NCBI GenBank assembly: GCA_036172245.1
Contig: JAYWIR010000018.1
Span: forward strand, 1,736,001 to 1,800,000
Origin: Raillietiella orientalis
Lineage: Eukaryota
Direction of reading: 5' to 3'
DNA: 64,000 bases
Part shown: in pieces, positions 36,001 through 50,310 of the stretch
Position numbering within the stretch: position 1 is the first letter of the stretch
How the letters are laid out: every line of letters starts with the position of its first letter
The notes under the pieces: generated by a model
What the model was told of the DNA's origin: nothing
Databases searched by the model: none
What the model saw: the letters and a program-made list of their open reading frames with translations, nothing else
Program-made: the position numbers and the translations under genes

Positions 36001-39000
36001 TGAATGGTACCTTTCGAGAATCTGGATTTTTCTTTTGATTTTGTGCCTCCAGAACATCAGCAGCACTAACAGGAGGAGAGCATGGTCTCATTGAGCGGCT
36101 CATTTCAATAGTGTCTTCAGGATATGGAGGTAATCCTGCTTTCTGGCGGGACATCTGTTTCATTGCAAACAATTCTTTCATTCCTCCCAAAGAATACAGT
36201 AGCACTTTCCACAGCAACAACAGCACCTTCCTCATAGGGAAATGTGGAGCAGTGCCACCACATAATTGTAAAACCATTCCCAACAAAGTGACACTCAACA
36301 ATTCACCATCATAAGGCTGACCTATAACACACTAAAATGCAAATCCACCTATCAATACCCACCCAATTCAACTGAAAAAGTTTCCCTGATTTGAAGAGAT
36401 TCAGGGTGGTCGTTCCCATTGGTCTGACATAATACTACTACCATTGTGTACAAAATGTTGAGAATAACTCTCAAATCAGCTGAATCTGCCAAGTTTACAG
36501 AAGGTTTTCTAAGTGCAGAACTGGAGTGACTGTTATTCCTGCAAATGGGCTCGTGTCAAGATTCCAAATATAAAGAGATTTATAATGCTAACTCCTCATT
36601 TACATACTAAACTGTTCATCAAGCACTGTGTTTGCGATGGTCCATGTAACATACCTAGAGTACTACATTCTGAATATGCTTATTTACATGGCTTACTTTG
36701 CATTTTTGGGGGGTTTGTTTGTTTTCATAGCTCCAAAAGTTTTTACTGACAGATTGCTTTGTCTGGATTCACCCTTGACCAATTTTAGACACTCATTGTG
36801 TAATTTCTTGTTCTTTCTGGTTATTGTTTCTATTTTTCATCTTTTATTAATATGTATGAATTCTTTGAGAGCTCACTCTACAAAGTTCCAATCATTTCCA
36901 TGCATAGCAAATACTTCATTTTTAACTTTACCCTTTTCTATGCAAAGAAAATTTTCCCTAACCAAGAATGACAACTAATAATTCTAATGATCAATTGAAT
37001 GCTAAAATAAGAAGCTAATCAGGCAATAACTTTCGCTTTTTCGGCCAAATTACTTCCATTGCAGAAAGCTAACGTTACCTCCGAAATCTCACTTAAATTT
37101 GCAATTATTTTCAATTGCAATACACAATGTGTTCAGCAAATGGACTATACAAGTTGGAGTAAACTCAGAATTCTAATGTGATAAACCGTAATCGTTGATA
37201 TTAATTTACATATCATGAATAGCAAAGCATGCTTATGAATTTTAGCACACCACTCCGTTTCGAAAATAAACATTAAACTTTTCCATTCCACCATTACATA
37301 ACAGGGTCCATTCATTACATAAAGAAAACATTCTGCTTATGTTCCAAACTGGATTATAAATGTTCAATCTTGAAGACTGATGTCTCCAGCCAGTCTTTGA
37401 ATTTATTAAATGCAACAAATGAAATGCTGGATGAAAAAATGCTTCTTGAAAAAAAAATCCAATTCAATTCAGTGTTATATGTTATATGATTACAAAATTT
37501 GGCAAAATACGGAGTCGATCAACCAATCAGCTATAGTCAAAATAAAATTGCCAACAGAGACGACGGAACACGGAATCCTAAAAACATGCTTTGCACCTGA
37601 GAATCATGCCGTCCTTTGAAGAGCTACGCAAAATTTTCACTTAGTTACTTGACCCATTGACCTCTGGCCACATTCAAGTTTCAATAAAATTGCATTAACT
37701 ACGCACTGTTACAATTACTCAACAAGTCTGGAATCCAAAGTCCCTATCAATCACAGTCACATTTCTAAAATTTCTCACACATGCTTTCTCACACATTATG
37801 ATAATTCATTACTACTGCATTAGAGCTTAATTCTCAAATGAACCTTCAAAAACCTTTGAAAACATAAATCGAGAAAGCTTTCAAAGCAATGTATTAAAAG
37901 AGCTAAGTTTAAATCTTTTAGATAATACACTGTATTTGACGATCCAGTATACGAAAAATGAGATTGAATCCACAGTTGATTCTGATTTACGAAGGAATCT
38001 ACCAGTGTAAAATAAAGAATAGGGCTACGGATTAAAAGAACACAAATATTCCAATCAAGAAATGCAAACCATTTGCAAAGTGCAACATAGAAGTATTTAA
38101 AAAGTAAATGGAACCCAAAGTTTCAACTGTAGAGTATTTCTATGAGAAAATACACATTTAACTCTCACCCATTAAAACGAAATCATTAAATCATTCTAAT
38201 CAACCAATTCTGCTGATTGCTAAGTGATACTTTGACTCAAGACCAACTAACAAATATATTTCGTTGCAAAGGCCATAGTAGAGGAAGGCTATCCAGTTGT
38301 ACAAATATATTGCATTCAATAGAAAATAATGATTAATAAAACTTGGAATCAGAAATTTTGAATCAACAAACATAGGTCAACAAGGGAGAAAATTTACTAA
38401 ATTCAAAAACTATGACGCTTACTAAAAATAATTAGGCATATTTATTGTGGGGAAAACTTTTGAAGCAACTGTCAACTGCAACAAGAATAAATGGAAATTT
38501 CTGACAACAGCATGAAATATGTGAGAAAAACTGAAGATATACTTAATATGTTGTATTTTGCCACAAAAAAAGACTTGTAGTCTACACAACCGTGTAGACC
38601 TATGTAAGTACACTTAGATTTGCAGTTCCCTTTCTATAGTAATTTAAATTGAATTTTAATGAAAAATAACGGAAACGTAAAATAATTACCAATACAGTAC
38701 TATTCGCTGTTACGTGCCTTGAGGCAATAAAGAACTGTACTGAACACTTCCACATCGATTCTGCAACTGAACATTTTAATAATGAGATAATCAAAAACTA
38801 GTACAGCGTTTTGCTCAGAATTAACTGCATATAATGAAAAACAGTGTGAAGAATCAAATCTATGAAAGAACACTTCCTTAACCACAAAACTTCCCACTCG
38901 CAATTAAATTTTTAATCTCTGCGTATTACTTAACTATTCATGAACGACAATATAAATTAAAATGAAAGCAAAGAAACCACTGATACGTGATTACATTACA

Positions 39001-42000
39001 TTATCATCCAAAAAGAATAAAAAATAACGTGCAGAATCCAATGCAACACAAGAAAAAACATTTACACACACAAGTTGTACAGCTTTTTTTTTAAAGCAAA
39101 AACTGTGAGATGTTGTATTACTATTAAGGAACTCTGGATAGTAAAGGAGACTACCTCATACTACTATATGAGAAATTAAGAAAACTAACAGTGTTAAAAT
39201 GTTTATGGCAGAACAGTGTTGTTTCAAATTATCAAAACAATAGGCCAATCATTTTAACCACTGTCAACTTTTATTTTTGTTTATATAAGAGTTACTGATC
39301 GTATCGGCTTATCAAAATTTAAAATACTTACTATTTTTGTGAATTTTACTTTTTACAAATCTTGTATAAGCTCATTGCATGCTACATGAATCTATCACTG
39401 ATTCTTATTTTAAAAATTACATAATTTTTTGGACTTTAAATCTCATTAAGAACTGAGGCAATTTTCATTAAAAACACTTCTTGAATTTCATCATTTCTGG
39501 CAAAAACTTTTAAAAAACAGTACCTGGTTCCCCTAGGAAAATATCGTGGAACTGAGTAAATGCAACTAAATATACACCTTCAATGCTTTTTTACTTATAA
39601 AGAGAATCTTAATTCGTGCATTGTTTACTCAATCTAACTTTTTCACTTATCAGAAACCAAAGGTTTTCAGATTAACCATAACCTTATCCATTCTATTAGA
39701 AACATTTTATTAACGCTTTCTTTAAGCCTTTCTCTCAAGGATTTGAAAATACATCCTCATCCACCTTTTCTGTAACGTTTCTAATATCACTTATGCCCCA
39801 TTTTCAATACTCTCCATTTAATAAAAGTTTCTCTTTCGAATCATACAGTACAGCCACTCAGGTAAACCATTCTCTTTTGAGGTTAAATTTTCTGGACATT
39901 CTTCCACATTATTGCAATCTTATCGATCTATGATATAGTGTAACTCAGTTTCAAAATATCGCACGCCAATTTTCCAAACCAAACTCTTTATTTTAGTTTC
40001 AGTTTTTTTCAGTTTTTTAACTTCTGTAACGATCAATACAATAAGTTTATAATCTGACTATTTAAAACACAAAACTCCTTTAAGCACACCAACTACTAAT
40101 CTCAAGCTCATTGCCAATATTACCAACGATTATAATGCTTAATAAGCAAACTAACTCCTAATTCCTTCATTTTAAGAACCAAGACATGACATATTGCACA
40201 TGGAATCTTACATAATCATAAACACATATCATAAACAACAAAATCACCAATCTTCCAGGTCTCATCAGTACTGCTGTAATGCTAAATCAACCTTGCATCA
40301 AAAGCACCTAAAAAAATAGAAATATTAGTTAAAGAATAAGTTACTCTATCATAAACATCTCCTATATGGAAAAACTTTCTGCTTTCCTGTTCAAGCCATC
40401 AATTGAACAAACACAAAAATCCAAAGAAAACCATCTATCATCCAGTACATATTTCGTGGATATATTGCCATAACATGTCATTATCCTTCCTTTTAACCAA
40501 GCTATGTTTTCTGATTACCCTTTTTTTTGCAGCAAAAATGGTCCAAATGAATTCTTTGGCTACCCCTTAACAAAAAATGTTTAAGTTACTCTCTTCCTTT
40601 TCCCAAATCTTGAACTAAGTCAGTACTTTCCTATGTTTATATTACCAATTCTACCCAACCCATTCTTCTTCTTACTCCGATCCTTTATACTGGAGATCCT
40701 TTATACGGCATCTCTGTTTCTCCTCCAAAACCACAGATCAATCAACATCTCTAAAAACACAATGCGACCTATACAAAATTCTGTTCTAACAATCTTAAAC
40801 AATCACAAGTAGCACAACACTCAAGTATGGTATCTCTTCTCCTCTTACTTCTTGTTTTAAACCTTAACTGGAAACAATTCATATCAGAGGAAAAATTTTC
40901 TCTTATAATCTCCTTTTGTCATCTTTGAATCATGATTCTCTCCATGTCCATATTATTTAAACAATTCATATTTCTCTTCCACCATTCTGCCAGAGAAAAT
41001 CTTTCCATTTATTCGAACAGCATTCCTGACCTTTACCGACCTCGAACCATTTTTTATTCAATATACAAATAGAATGTACATGGATTCATTTTTTTTTAAT
41101 TCATAGCTACTCCAATACACTCAGACTCCAGGTCATTTGTAGTTTGAAAGAGGCATGTGCATCAAAAGCTGAAAACATAAGTAGGTACTTCGAAGTAATC
41201 ATATTCAGATTTAACCAACAATTTTTAATCCAGTTATCGCAATTTCAAAACAAATCACAAAATTACCTACAACTGTGAACAAACATTAACCACAAGCTTT
41301 CTCGGAAAACCTGTTGAAACAGAATTTTTTTTAATGATATCAAAATTTAGATTCTCGCAAAAAAATTTCTATAACTCTCCTCATTTATTCCAAATTATCT
41401 ACAAATCACTACTACTAAATTCCAAAGGAACTTATAAAACCACACATTCAAAAGAGCTTTCAAAATATACACATAACTTTATTAAAACAGTTTTTCTATA
41501 ACAAAATAAAATAACCTTAACCAAGGTGAACTTATTGTTCATGTTACAAATTAAACAAGCAATAGCCTATCTTCACTGTTTATTCACTCATACTCTCCAT
41601 GTAAATATTGCAACATATCATTTGCAAAAAAATGTCTTTATGCAATGCTATAGGTAAAATACATGATGAATTTTAATTTACATACATACTCCAATTCCCA
41701 TTTTCCTTACTACTTCCGTTTTTATTTAAAGCTTAAAAATCGCATAATAATATTAAAATACAGAAAACTGCAACTCAAAATTCCTTATCCCTTCTTGACT
41801 ATTCGTTATCTATGCTCATTCCAATATTTCTATCATTAGTGTATCCATTTGCCAAGACACCAGCCACATATGAAAGTTAATTGAAGTATGTCACATTTAA
41901 TACTGACACTCAAACACTTACTACCCTCCATTAAATGAGTTTGTTTGACCCAAAAAGAAACTTCCAACTACGTTGCTTGCTCATACTGCCTACTAAAATA

Positions 42001-45000
42001 TAAAAAATTAAATTATAAACCAAAAAACTACTTATAGGTTCTATGATTCAGATCTACTCCTCGCCTTAACAGTTCCAATTGCTCTACCTACATCTATCGT
42101 GCATAATTCCATTTGTAATGTTTCAAGTATGCATTCGAAAAATAGGAAATCCGCATTCATGTATTCATTTGAATATCAAGCTAATCATTCCAAAAATACT
42201 TATAATTGATCATATTCGAAAGGAAATTGCATTTGCGTTTCATGGGTATCTCCAATCTCAACTTAAGGTATAAGCACTCAATTGATTTACTTGACCTCTA
42301 GATAACTCAGTTATGAAGACTGGTCACAGCAACATGATGCAAGCAGCATATAAGGATGACAAAATATGCATAAGCTATAAGATTATCATTTACAGGAATG
42401 CCAATCAATGTTTCATTATCTGCAACAATGCCTGCATTTGAAATTCTATTACAATAACTTATTGTCTACATAACTTGAATGTAAATGCTAAAATTTCCAG
42501 CACAAGTAAACAAATTACCCACCCTTAAAGTTTAGATATAGCTGCAAACAAACAGTTGATGTGGGTTTTGAAATTCAGGCCTTTTTTCAATAAACATTGT
42601 AATACTTGAAACCAACAGCTAGACCAGTATTTCGAACTCCACTTATACTTCATAGTCAACACTCACACAAAAATTAAATACAACAACTGTCAACAGTAAT
42701 TAAGTCTATTTGATGCAACATTCTTTCATCTTGGACTTTCATTTATCAAGAATATGCCCCTTTACGGCAAACAAAATATTCTACATAAGCTGATTCATGC
42801 AGGCTACCAAATTTTACATACCTTTTTATGTATCATCCTTGCCCTTTCATATGTATTTACCCACTTTCCAGTTTAAAAAATGAAAAAAAAATCTAAGTAA
42901 TCAAGTACATAATTATATGCAAACAAATAAGCACAATGTTAATTTAAAGCATCACCCTTATTGGCAATAAAAACGATATTGCATTTACAATTAATGCTTT
43001 TGATCATGCACCTAGGCAAATACTTTCAATGTTTGTTTGTGTACTACACACATCAAATCCCAGCAAATTAGCTCTGTTACTTGCTTTGTAATGTGAATTA
43101 CAACCAATACATTTTTTTCTAGATATTATATATATGTACTTTATACATAGTATAATTATACAGATGCAAAGATATAATACAATTTCTTGGGATAAATTCT
43201 CAATGATCAGGTATATATCCAATCTAATTAAGGATGAAAATTTTAATTTCCTTTCATTAATATTTGAATGACAGGAATTTTGGATACAAAAGTACAGAAA
43301 ATCTAAAAAAATACAGAAACAAAAATTAAAAATGAAATCTTACAAATCGAAACCCTTTTCTAGTATGTAGAATTCTAGAGTCTTTCTAGAAATGTGTTAT
43401 TACTGTTTTGTCACTGTTGATAACAATTATGCTTAGATATGTACAACCTTTGAGTGCATAATTGATATCATTCTCACTAGAAGAGTAAATAAAAAGCAAA
43501 AACAATTAATCTTCAAAATTAGCTTTTATGGAAAATTAACATGGCAACCACATTCATGAATTCAATATCCACAACATGTTTTAGATAAACTGGAAGTTTC
43601 ATGTTAATCCTTAGAACTCATAGCTTACTCTGTTTCCATTTTCAGAAGTTGCACAAGAACATCAAAAACTCCACAACGATATAACAATGCACAATTTGTG
43701 CAAGACCAAAATATCAGTTCCTCTTCAATTTGTAATTTACTCCAACAACCCTAGAAAAAAAACATGTTTAAATAAATTACATAAAAGTTGAAAACAAAAT
43801 GCGGAAATAAAAACAAAACATTTACCTGAGCAATATACAATAAACTACGCAGAGCTGCTAATCGCACTGCTCGGTCTGTGACTTCGACTCTATCTAAAAT
43901 TCGTAAAATCACATCCTGTTTTTGCTTTTTGGAGCACTGCTGCCACCATATCTTAACGTTGAATATGTTCATTAACTCATCAAAGCACTGCAAACAGAAA
44001 ATAACTAGTACACAAGTTACTAATCAATAAAACGTGCACTAAGGAAAAACAGTGTTTTGAATCAATGAACAATTATACATGAGAAACAAAAAAAAATTAA
44101 TGAGAATTTACCACAATCCTAAATCAGGAACCAGGAATGCTCAAATAATATCAAAAACCCTAAGGAATATGAATAACTTCAAAGAACTTTACTACTTAAA
44201 ATTATAAGAAATTAAAGGGCAGATCAACACTCAGAAGTTCATTTTTCTATAATTGTCCATTTACAACAGCAAATAATTTCAAGTTTATGAATGTTACTGT
44301 TGAATGTATTGAAAGTTTTGAAAACAGATGCTGCATAAATGAAAAAACTTATCTTTGTTTGTGAACTTCTTTAATTTAAATTCAAACGATCTGTCAGAAT
44401 TCAAATGGATGGAAACCAAATATTGGAAAATAAACAGCTTACACAAAACAACATTTACTCCAAAAACAATTTGAATTCTTGATTTGGATCCTGCTTTCAT
44501 CATATCCTTTTTAGAATTGTAAAATATTCAATGGAAGCATCGGATTTCAAACAAAAACACTGGATGATTAATAAACAAGCACAATATTTGATTATCACTA
44601 ATGACTTGATCTATCTAATGCCCCACAGGTTTGCAAAAATGTTCTTGCAATACTTAATCACTCTTTATACCCTTATTTCCAAGCAACACATTTTACCATT
44701 GAAATTAAGATAGAGGAATCTGACTTGTTTTAATTTAGGAATACAGGCTTATAGTGTAGGCTGAATAAAATAAGATGAAATCTTAGCATACTTTCAAAAC
44801 ACAATTATGCATATTTGGAGACAGTGCTAAGTGTGGTTGCAAATGATCAAGTGCAACTACACAGAAACAATAATTTTAGTGTAAAAAGAAAATATAAATG
44901 CTAAAACCCATATAAAATGTAAACAAATAAAGCACAATGCAAATTCAGAGATGTGAAAGAAATCAAGAATGTTATCACCTAGAAAGTACTTCATTTCATT

Positions 45001-46345
45001 TTCATTTTTAAGATACATTTACAACTGAATGTGCACACAAATAAATGCATAATCATGTGAAAAAATGCAAAATGTACACAAAAGCAATAATTTGGTATTT
45101 TCATAACTTATCAGATTTTCACTAAATCACCAAGTGGAATTATCTGTAATAAGTAAATTTGTGTTAGTAAAAATAGAATGGCGAATAACACAAATCTGCT
45201 TAAACAAACACAGATGATAAAAACGATAAACAGGCTTAATACCAAATGCTTAGTAACTATAAATATGTAATCACAAAAACTTGCAAAAAAAAAAACACAT
45301 CAGTGGTAAAGATAAACAACAAAAACAAACTGTAAAAAATGAATTCTATTCTAAACCGTCTTGGTTGCCAATGAAGCAAAACCAAATCTGTATGATTGCT
45401 GTAACAAATTCATGATCCAATACAATAATGCACTTCAATATGCACAAAGTCCAACATAATCCACATGCATGTCATATTGAAGAGCAAAAGATATCTTTAT
45501 TGATTATGATACAGTCTCAGCCAATTAATGCTGAAATTTATAAGACAATACAACATTTAAAATCAAATGAATTTCTAGTATTTCAAATTCAGCAAATATA
45601 AAAAATATGCTCCAACAAAAACACATGTTAGAAAAAAAAACATTTACTCTGATAGCATCAAATTTAATGTGTAAGTTTTGAAACATTTGTTTTAATTTTA
45701 CTTAAATATAAAGCTTCAAATAATTGCATATTTATGTACCCTTGAGAATTGGTACATAGGTAACATAAATACATTGTTTCTGATACAGTACGAGACTGCT
45801 ACAACTTACTGCTAAATACCAAGTAAATTTCAAATATTTAAAAATTTTGATGATACCATTAAATTTAATTGAAATTCTGATCCTTCCGTGTAACTGTACA
45901 GCTCATTTAGTTCCTCAAGCAAAGTATCGGTATCTTCATAACAAAAGTTTACTTCTTGATTTTCAATCTAGAATTCACAACCACATGTTAATTAAGCAAA
46001 AAAAAACACATGATTACATATTGCATACCCTACATATTACATTTTCTACATTACATATATTACATATTACACTATCTATTCACATAATTACATACTACAT
46101 TCTCTACATGATTACACCAAGATATAATTATACAAAGTTTCTGCAATTATATCTTGATGTAACTTTCTGTAATTTTCTAAATTTTCCTTCATTGCAATTC
46201 GGCAAGCCTTACAATTCGGACAGTTTTGTAACTATTTTTAATGCATAACAGAAATATTTTAAATCAAAGTGGTAGAAAAGGAACCCAAATTTTGCAACAG
46301 CTTTTACTTTACCTTGTAATAGCTAATCCCATTGTTTTCATCCAT
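30068..46345 (-). CDS. STRIP1: Striatin-interacting protein (STRIP1/2, FAM40, yeast Far11 family); 11 coding exons, 2355 nt, 784 aa
   Basis: Exons (minus strand): 46313-46345, 45857-45967, 43826-43987, 43629-43750, 36363-36538, 36011-36321, 31506-31674, 31064-31463, 30625-31018, 30378-30582, 30068-30339. All introns are GT-AG and phases are consistent. Family motifs: ELYSYTEG, LYIAQGCW, LADSADLRVILN, APHFPMRKVLLLLWK, LPQYMIALLKVLLAAAPTSKAKT, DVNRHKEI, HLVFANCIPLLLKF, LRILNKLTKWKHSR, KVRHRLNDDWAYGN, QAEECALR. The 33-nt first exon (MDENNGISYYK) is the least certain. Likely co-orthologue of vertebrate STRIP1 and STRIP2. Confidence 0.95.
33850..34300 (-). mobile_element. Possible Tc1/mariner transposase C-terminal relic in a STRIP intron
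   Basis: HNLFPDSSIIWTPGAFP...PSVGLFDFCL weakly resembles the FQQDGAP...SPDLNPLDY spacing. No terminal inverted repeats were identified. Confidence 0.2.
39600..41100 (-). mobile_element. Possible highly decayed LINE RT relic in the largest STRIP intron
   Basis: Coding-like, purine-rich minus strand with a DLAL remnant near 40280 (ADDLAL-like). No ORF remains. Confidence 0.2.
46008..46115 (+). repeat. Degenerate TACAT/ATTAC tandem repeat in STRIP intron 1
   Basis: Repeated tacatattac-like units. Confidence 0.6.
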
Positions 46346-46349
46346 TCTA

Positions 46350-46700
46350 GATGCTTTCAATCTTGAAACTTCAATGTAAAAATTACTAATTTAAAAATGA
46401 AAGTCAAAGACTTTCATATTGAACTCCCCTATTTTTTGGTTACTTCCCCGTTTTCATAACGCAGCACACGGAACAGCGATTTGAAAGTTTAGAATTCTGG
46501 TATTCATTGCATTATTTACAAATTAGAGTTCTTGTGTTTGCATTTTTGAACGCGAAAGGAACCACACGAGTTCATTTTTTTTTCTTTTTTTCTTTTTTTT
46601 TCGTTAATGCAAACCTATTTTTCCACCGATGACAAAATACGCTTGGCACCACGGAGGAGGCATTTACAGAATACACAGGATCCAAAGAACAATTTTTATC
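46350..46700. promoter_or_regulatory. Probable promoter region of STRIP, possibly bidirectional with THUMPD3
   Basis: Lies directly upstream of the STRIP ATG (46345). It is a small patch that retains CpG within CpG-poor flanks, and the A/T strand skew changes sign about here. Confidence 0.4.
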
Positions 46701-47099
46701 ATAAATTCCTAGAATAAACATCAAATTGATAATCAAAGCAATTATATAATAAAGTTTGCAAATTGTAAGTTTGCAGAAGTGCTGATTTTTTCGCTGCAAC
46801 ATATTTTTAAATACTTCGTATTTAATCTATGAAAAAATCTACAATTTGTATTTCCACGAGTCTAGAGACTACACATGCATATGTTTGTACATGATCTAAA
46901 AGAATGAAATTAATATTCTGGATCAATACTTTTGAAAGAACGCATGAATAATGTTGTATTAGAAATAAAAATAAATTTGAATGTTCACCAATTACTGCAT
47001 ACTTGCTAAATCCATTCATCGGAAAATTTCTTATTTCTGTTAGCTTCAGAATAAGCTTCACTTACAGATTTAATTATATTTTTATCTTAAACCCATTTG

Positions 47100-49500
47100 G
47101 ATTCAGCGAGTTAATCCTTAGCTATAGTGTGCTTTCTTGGGAGAACATACTCTGAAGTTTTTCATTGTTTTTCAGAAACGAATACACATGGGTGACTTCC
47201 CTCATATCCGATACCGGAATGGTCATCTCTTTAGTGTCCACACAAAATGACATCACAAGTGGCGAGTTCCTGTACTCTCGAAATGCAGAGAATAGAATAA
47301 AATATTTGATTTCTTTATCTATTTGTCTATCGAAAGAGTCTTTTATTTTTCTAATCTGATCTATTTTGGTATTTAGATAAGAAGAATATGTGTGGTTCAT
47401 CATAGAGGAAAATGGTAAGAATTGACATGAAAAATATGAAAGAGACATGAATTCCTCTTTATGAATTGAGTAACTTTTTGTTAGACCCTGAATGTGTACA
47501 AGCAAGCACATATACTTTCTTAAATTTCTGGTAGAAAATAATCAAATCAATTTCCAAGAACTCTGTCGACAATTACTTTTGTCTATTTTTTTTATAGGAG
47601 ATGCAAAAATTACTTTTGGAATTGCAATTTGCTTTTATTAGACTACAACATAATTATAACTCATCATTATTTGTTCATCATAAGAGTGTACGCATTATTC
47701 AGTCGTGCATTTTTTTCAGTTTCCTTCTTTTCTTAGAGCTGTTAGCAGTTGATAGTATTCCACATGTTCTTCAGAGGTGTCCAGTATTCTTTTTTGAAGT
47801 GGAGCGGTTCTGCTTTCATAGAGAAATCAGTAACTTCTCTAAATAATTTAACAGAATATTGCAATAGAAGTAATTTTATTCCGATCTCGGACCTCATGAA
47901 GAACTTTTCCAATACTTTTCCAAACTTTTCCAATCTGTACTCTAGGCCCAAACCAAAGTCAGACATCCGATGTCATAAGTCTAAAGATAAATAAAAGAAT
48001 CCTTTTTTGCTTCAGATGCAATGTGATCGATCTCACGTATTGTAACCACATTGATCTCTTGACAAGATTTTCAAGATCACAAACTCATAAAGGTAGTGGT
48101 ATTTATTTTAAAGGAATATGGATCACTAGATGAAAATTATTGGAATCCGAAACTAAAACATATGGCTATTTTTGAGATTGTTTAAAAGTTTAGCTGGTTT
48201 CAGTTTGCCAGATTTGCTTATTTTGTCCTAAGTAACATACATGACTAACTGATTTGTTTTTGTTTTGTTTTGTTTTTCTATTTGCTACTTCAGATCTGTT
48301 AGGAATTAGCATCATATATCTTCTTGTTCCAGGTAGCGAAATATAGACAGGATAAATGAGCCTCATTGCATATTGCTTCTTGCTCGTTAGCTTCCACCAA
48401 TCTGTTATTGATCAGGTAATGTTATTAGGCATAACTGGTCTATTATTAAACATTCCTTGAAGTGTCAGGTGTTTTACTTTCTTGTTTCTACACGGACTTC
48501 GTGTGATTTGCCGATATCTTTCTACTAATTTGGACAGTTTCTTATGGCAGCATTTGATCTATCAGTTCAATGAAGAATTCAATGAACGGGCTATGGAGTA
48601 TTTCAGATCTTCATGTTTTATTTTGTTGGGTTTTGGAATCAACAAAATACCATAGTGTGATTAAGTGCTTCCAGAAATTTTGCTCATACTTCGTTGAATC
48701 CAAACTTCTCGCAAAGTACCGAGCTCTGCGAATGTTTTTTTTTACAAGACCTTCATGTTTTTTAACTCATCTGCTTGCTCATTTTTGATATTTTTTACTC
48801 TGCCTAAAACGTTATTGACTGAACCCCTTATCCTATTTCTAATCATCTGTTATTTATGGTTCCAGGGGATTTTAGCAGAATCAACGGGAGAAATTGCAAA
48901 CACATTAGGAAGTGATCTCACTATTTCTTCCTTTATTTAAGATTGTTTTATTTTTAACAGATCCAATATTTGGGAATGCAAGACCTCATTAAGTCCAGGA
49001 CTCCCTAAAGAAGTAATTTAAATGACTGGAATAAAAGTACTTAGCTACTTCACAAATTCAGGGTTTGGAATCATCTGCCTTTCCAGAAGTATGTCATCTA
49101 CCGATTTCTAAGTATGAGAAATACCATTCCGGAAGAAAACCTTGAGTTTTCCCTAAGACTATAAAGTTCTTATGAAATTCATATAACGACTCATACTAAT
49201 GGGAGGGATTTTTTAAGTGTACACTCTTTAGTAATGTGCAAACAGTAACAAGATAACATCTTTACTATTCCGTCTACATGCATTCGTTTAAGTTAATTCT
49301 CAACATGCACTCCAAAAATCCCCTTTAGTTGACCAAATTCGTCATACTTTGTCATAGACCACTTTATCATCCACTGAATCAACTATGGCTCAATGGATTT
49401 CTTGGAGAATAATTAGAACCTTGCTTAGATTTATAAAAATTCCATATTGCAAGTGGAAATCTTCTTAGCAGTGAGTGATTTTGCTTGAATGACTTAAAAT
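47100..49500 (-). mobile_element. Decayed Ty3/gypsy pol (RNase H to integrase)
   Basis: MRLIYPVYISLPGTRRYMMLIPNRS near 48300-48370 resembles the RNase H end. Downstream, HTYSSY...IRKIKDSF...SAFREYRNSPL (ORF 47122-47511) resembles integrase HITSSPY...ALLEYRNTP. The RH-then-IN order is gypsy-like. Confidence 0.5.
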
Positions 49501-50310
49501 CTAAAGTTTCTTGGAATTAGTTTTAGTACTTCATCATCACGTTAGAGCTTTTTTATACACCACGGTTCTGTTTTTCACTTAGTTTTCTCTATTCGATGAT
49601 TATGATTCATACCAATTAAATAAGTAATTATTATGCTACCTTGGCACGGTCAAAGTACCGCATTTTCTGTTTGGAATCTCACATTACATTTTAATTTTTC
49701 TTTTTGTGATTTGAAAATGCTGTTTTTTCAAGTGTTTGTAAAAGTTCTTTTCAAGGTTCCTTTGAAGGTTTTTGAGTGCATTTCATCCCATTTTAATTAC
49801 TTTTCCGCAGTTTCATTCTCAGAATGATAAACTTCAGCTCTCATGGATTTGCACGTGTGCATCATTTGTATTTACATTTGGATCTTTCACAAAATCATGA
49901 CGATGATGACAATAATCACTCTCCAGATGAAACGTCGTTGCTTAAATAGTGCTTTTACCAATATTATATCAAATAGTGGATACATATCTTATTCATTTAA
50001 TTCCAATACTTAGTAATCCATTCAAAATCCCATAAATGGAAATGGAATTCTCACTGCACATTTATATTTAAAAGTTAACTTCATTTTCGTGTTGATAACC
50101 ATTGCTGCATGCACTTCGGTGTCTGTTTTGGAAGTTGAGTGCATGAAGATTCAGTTTGCCCTACATTAGAGTTCTATGTGAAGCTGAGGAATTCTGCAGG
50201 TCCAACTTTTTGCAGCGATTCAAATATCTTCATCATCCAGGAATCTTAGCGTGAAGTACTGTGAAACTTTTTTTCTCTTTCTAATTCAAGCCGATTTTAG
50301 TTCGATACGC

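Noticed and set aside
38700..38903. Minus-strand ORF as an extra STRIP exon
   Set aside because: No STRIP similarity, and the flanking exons already join in frame with continuous homology.
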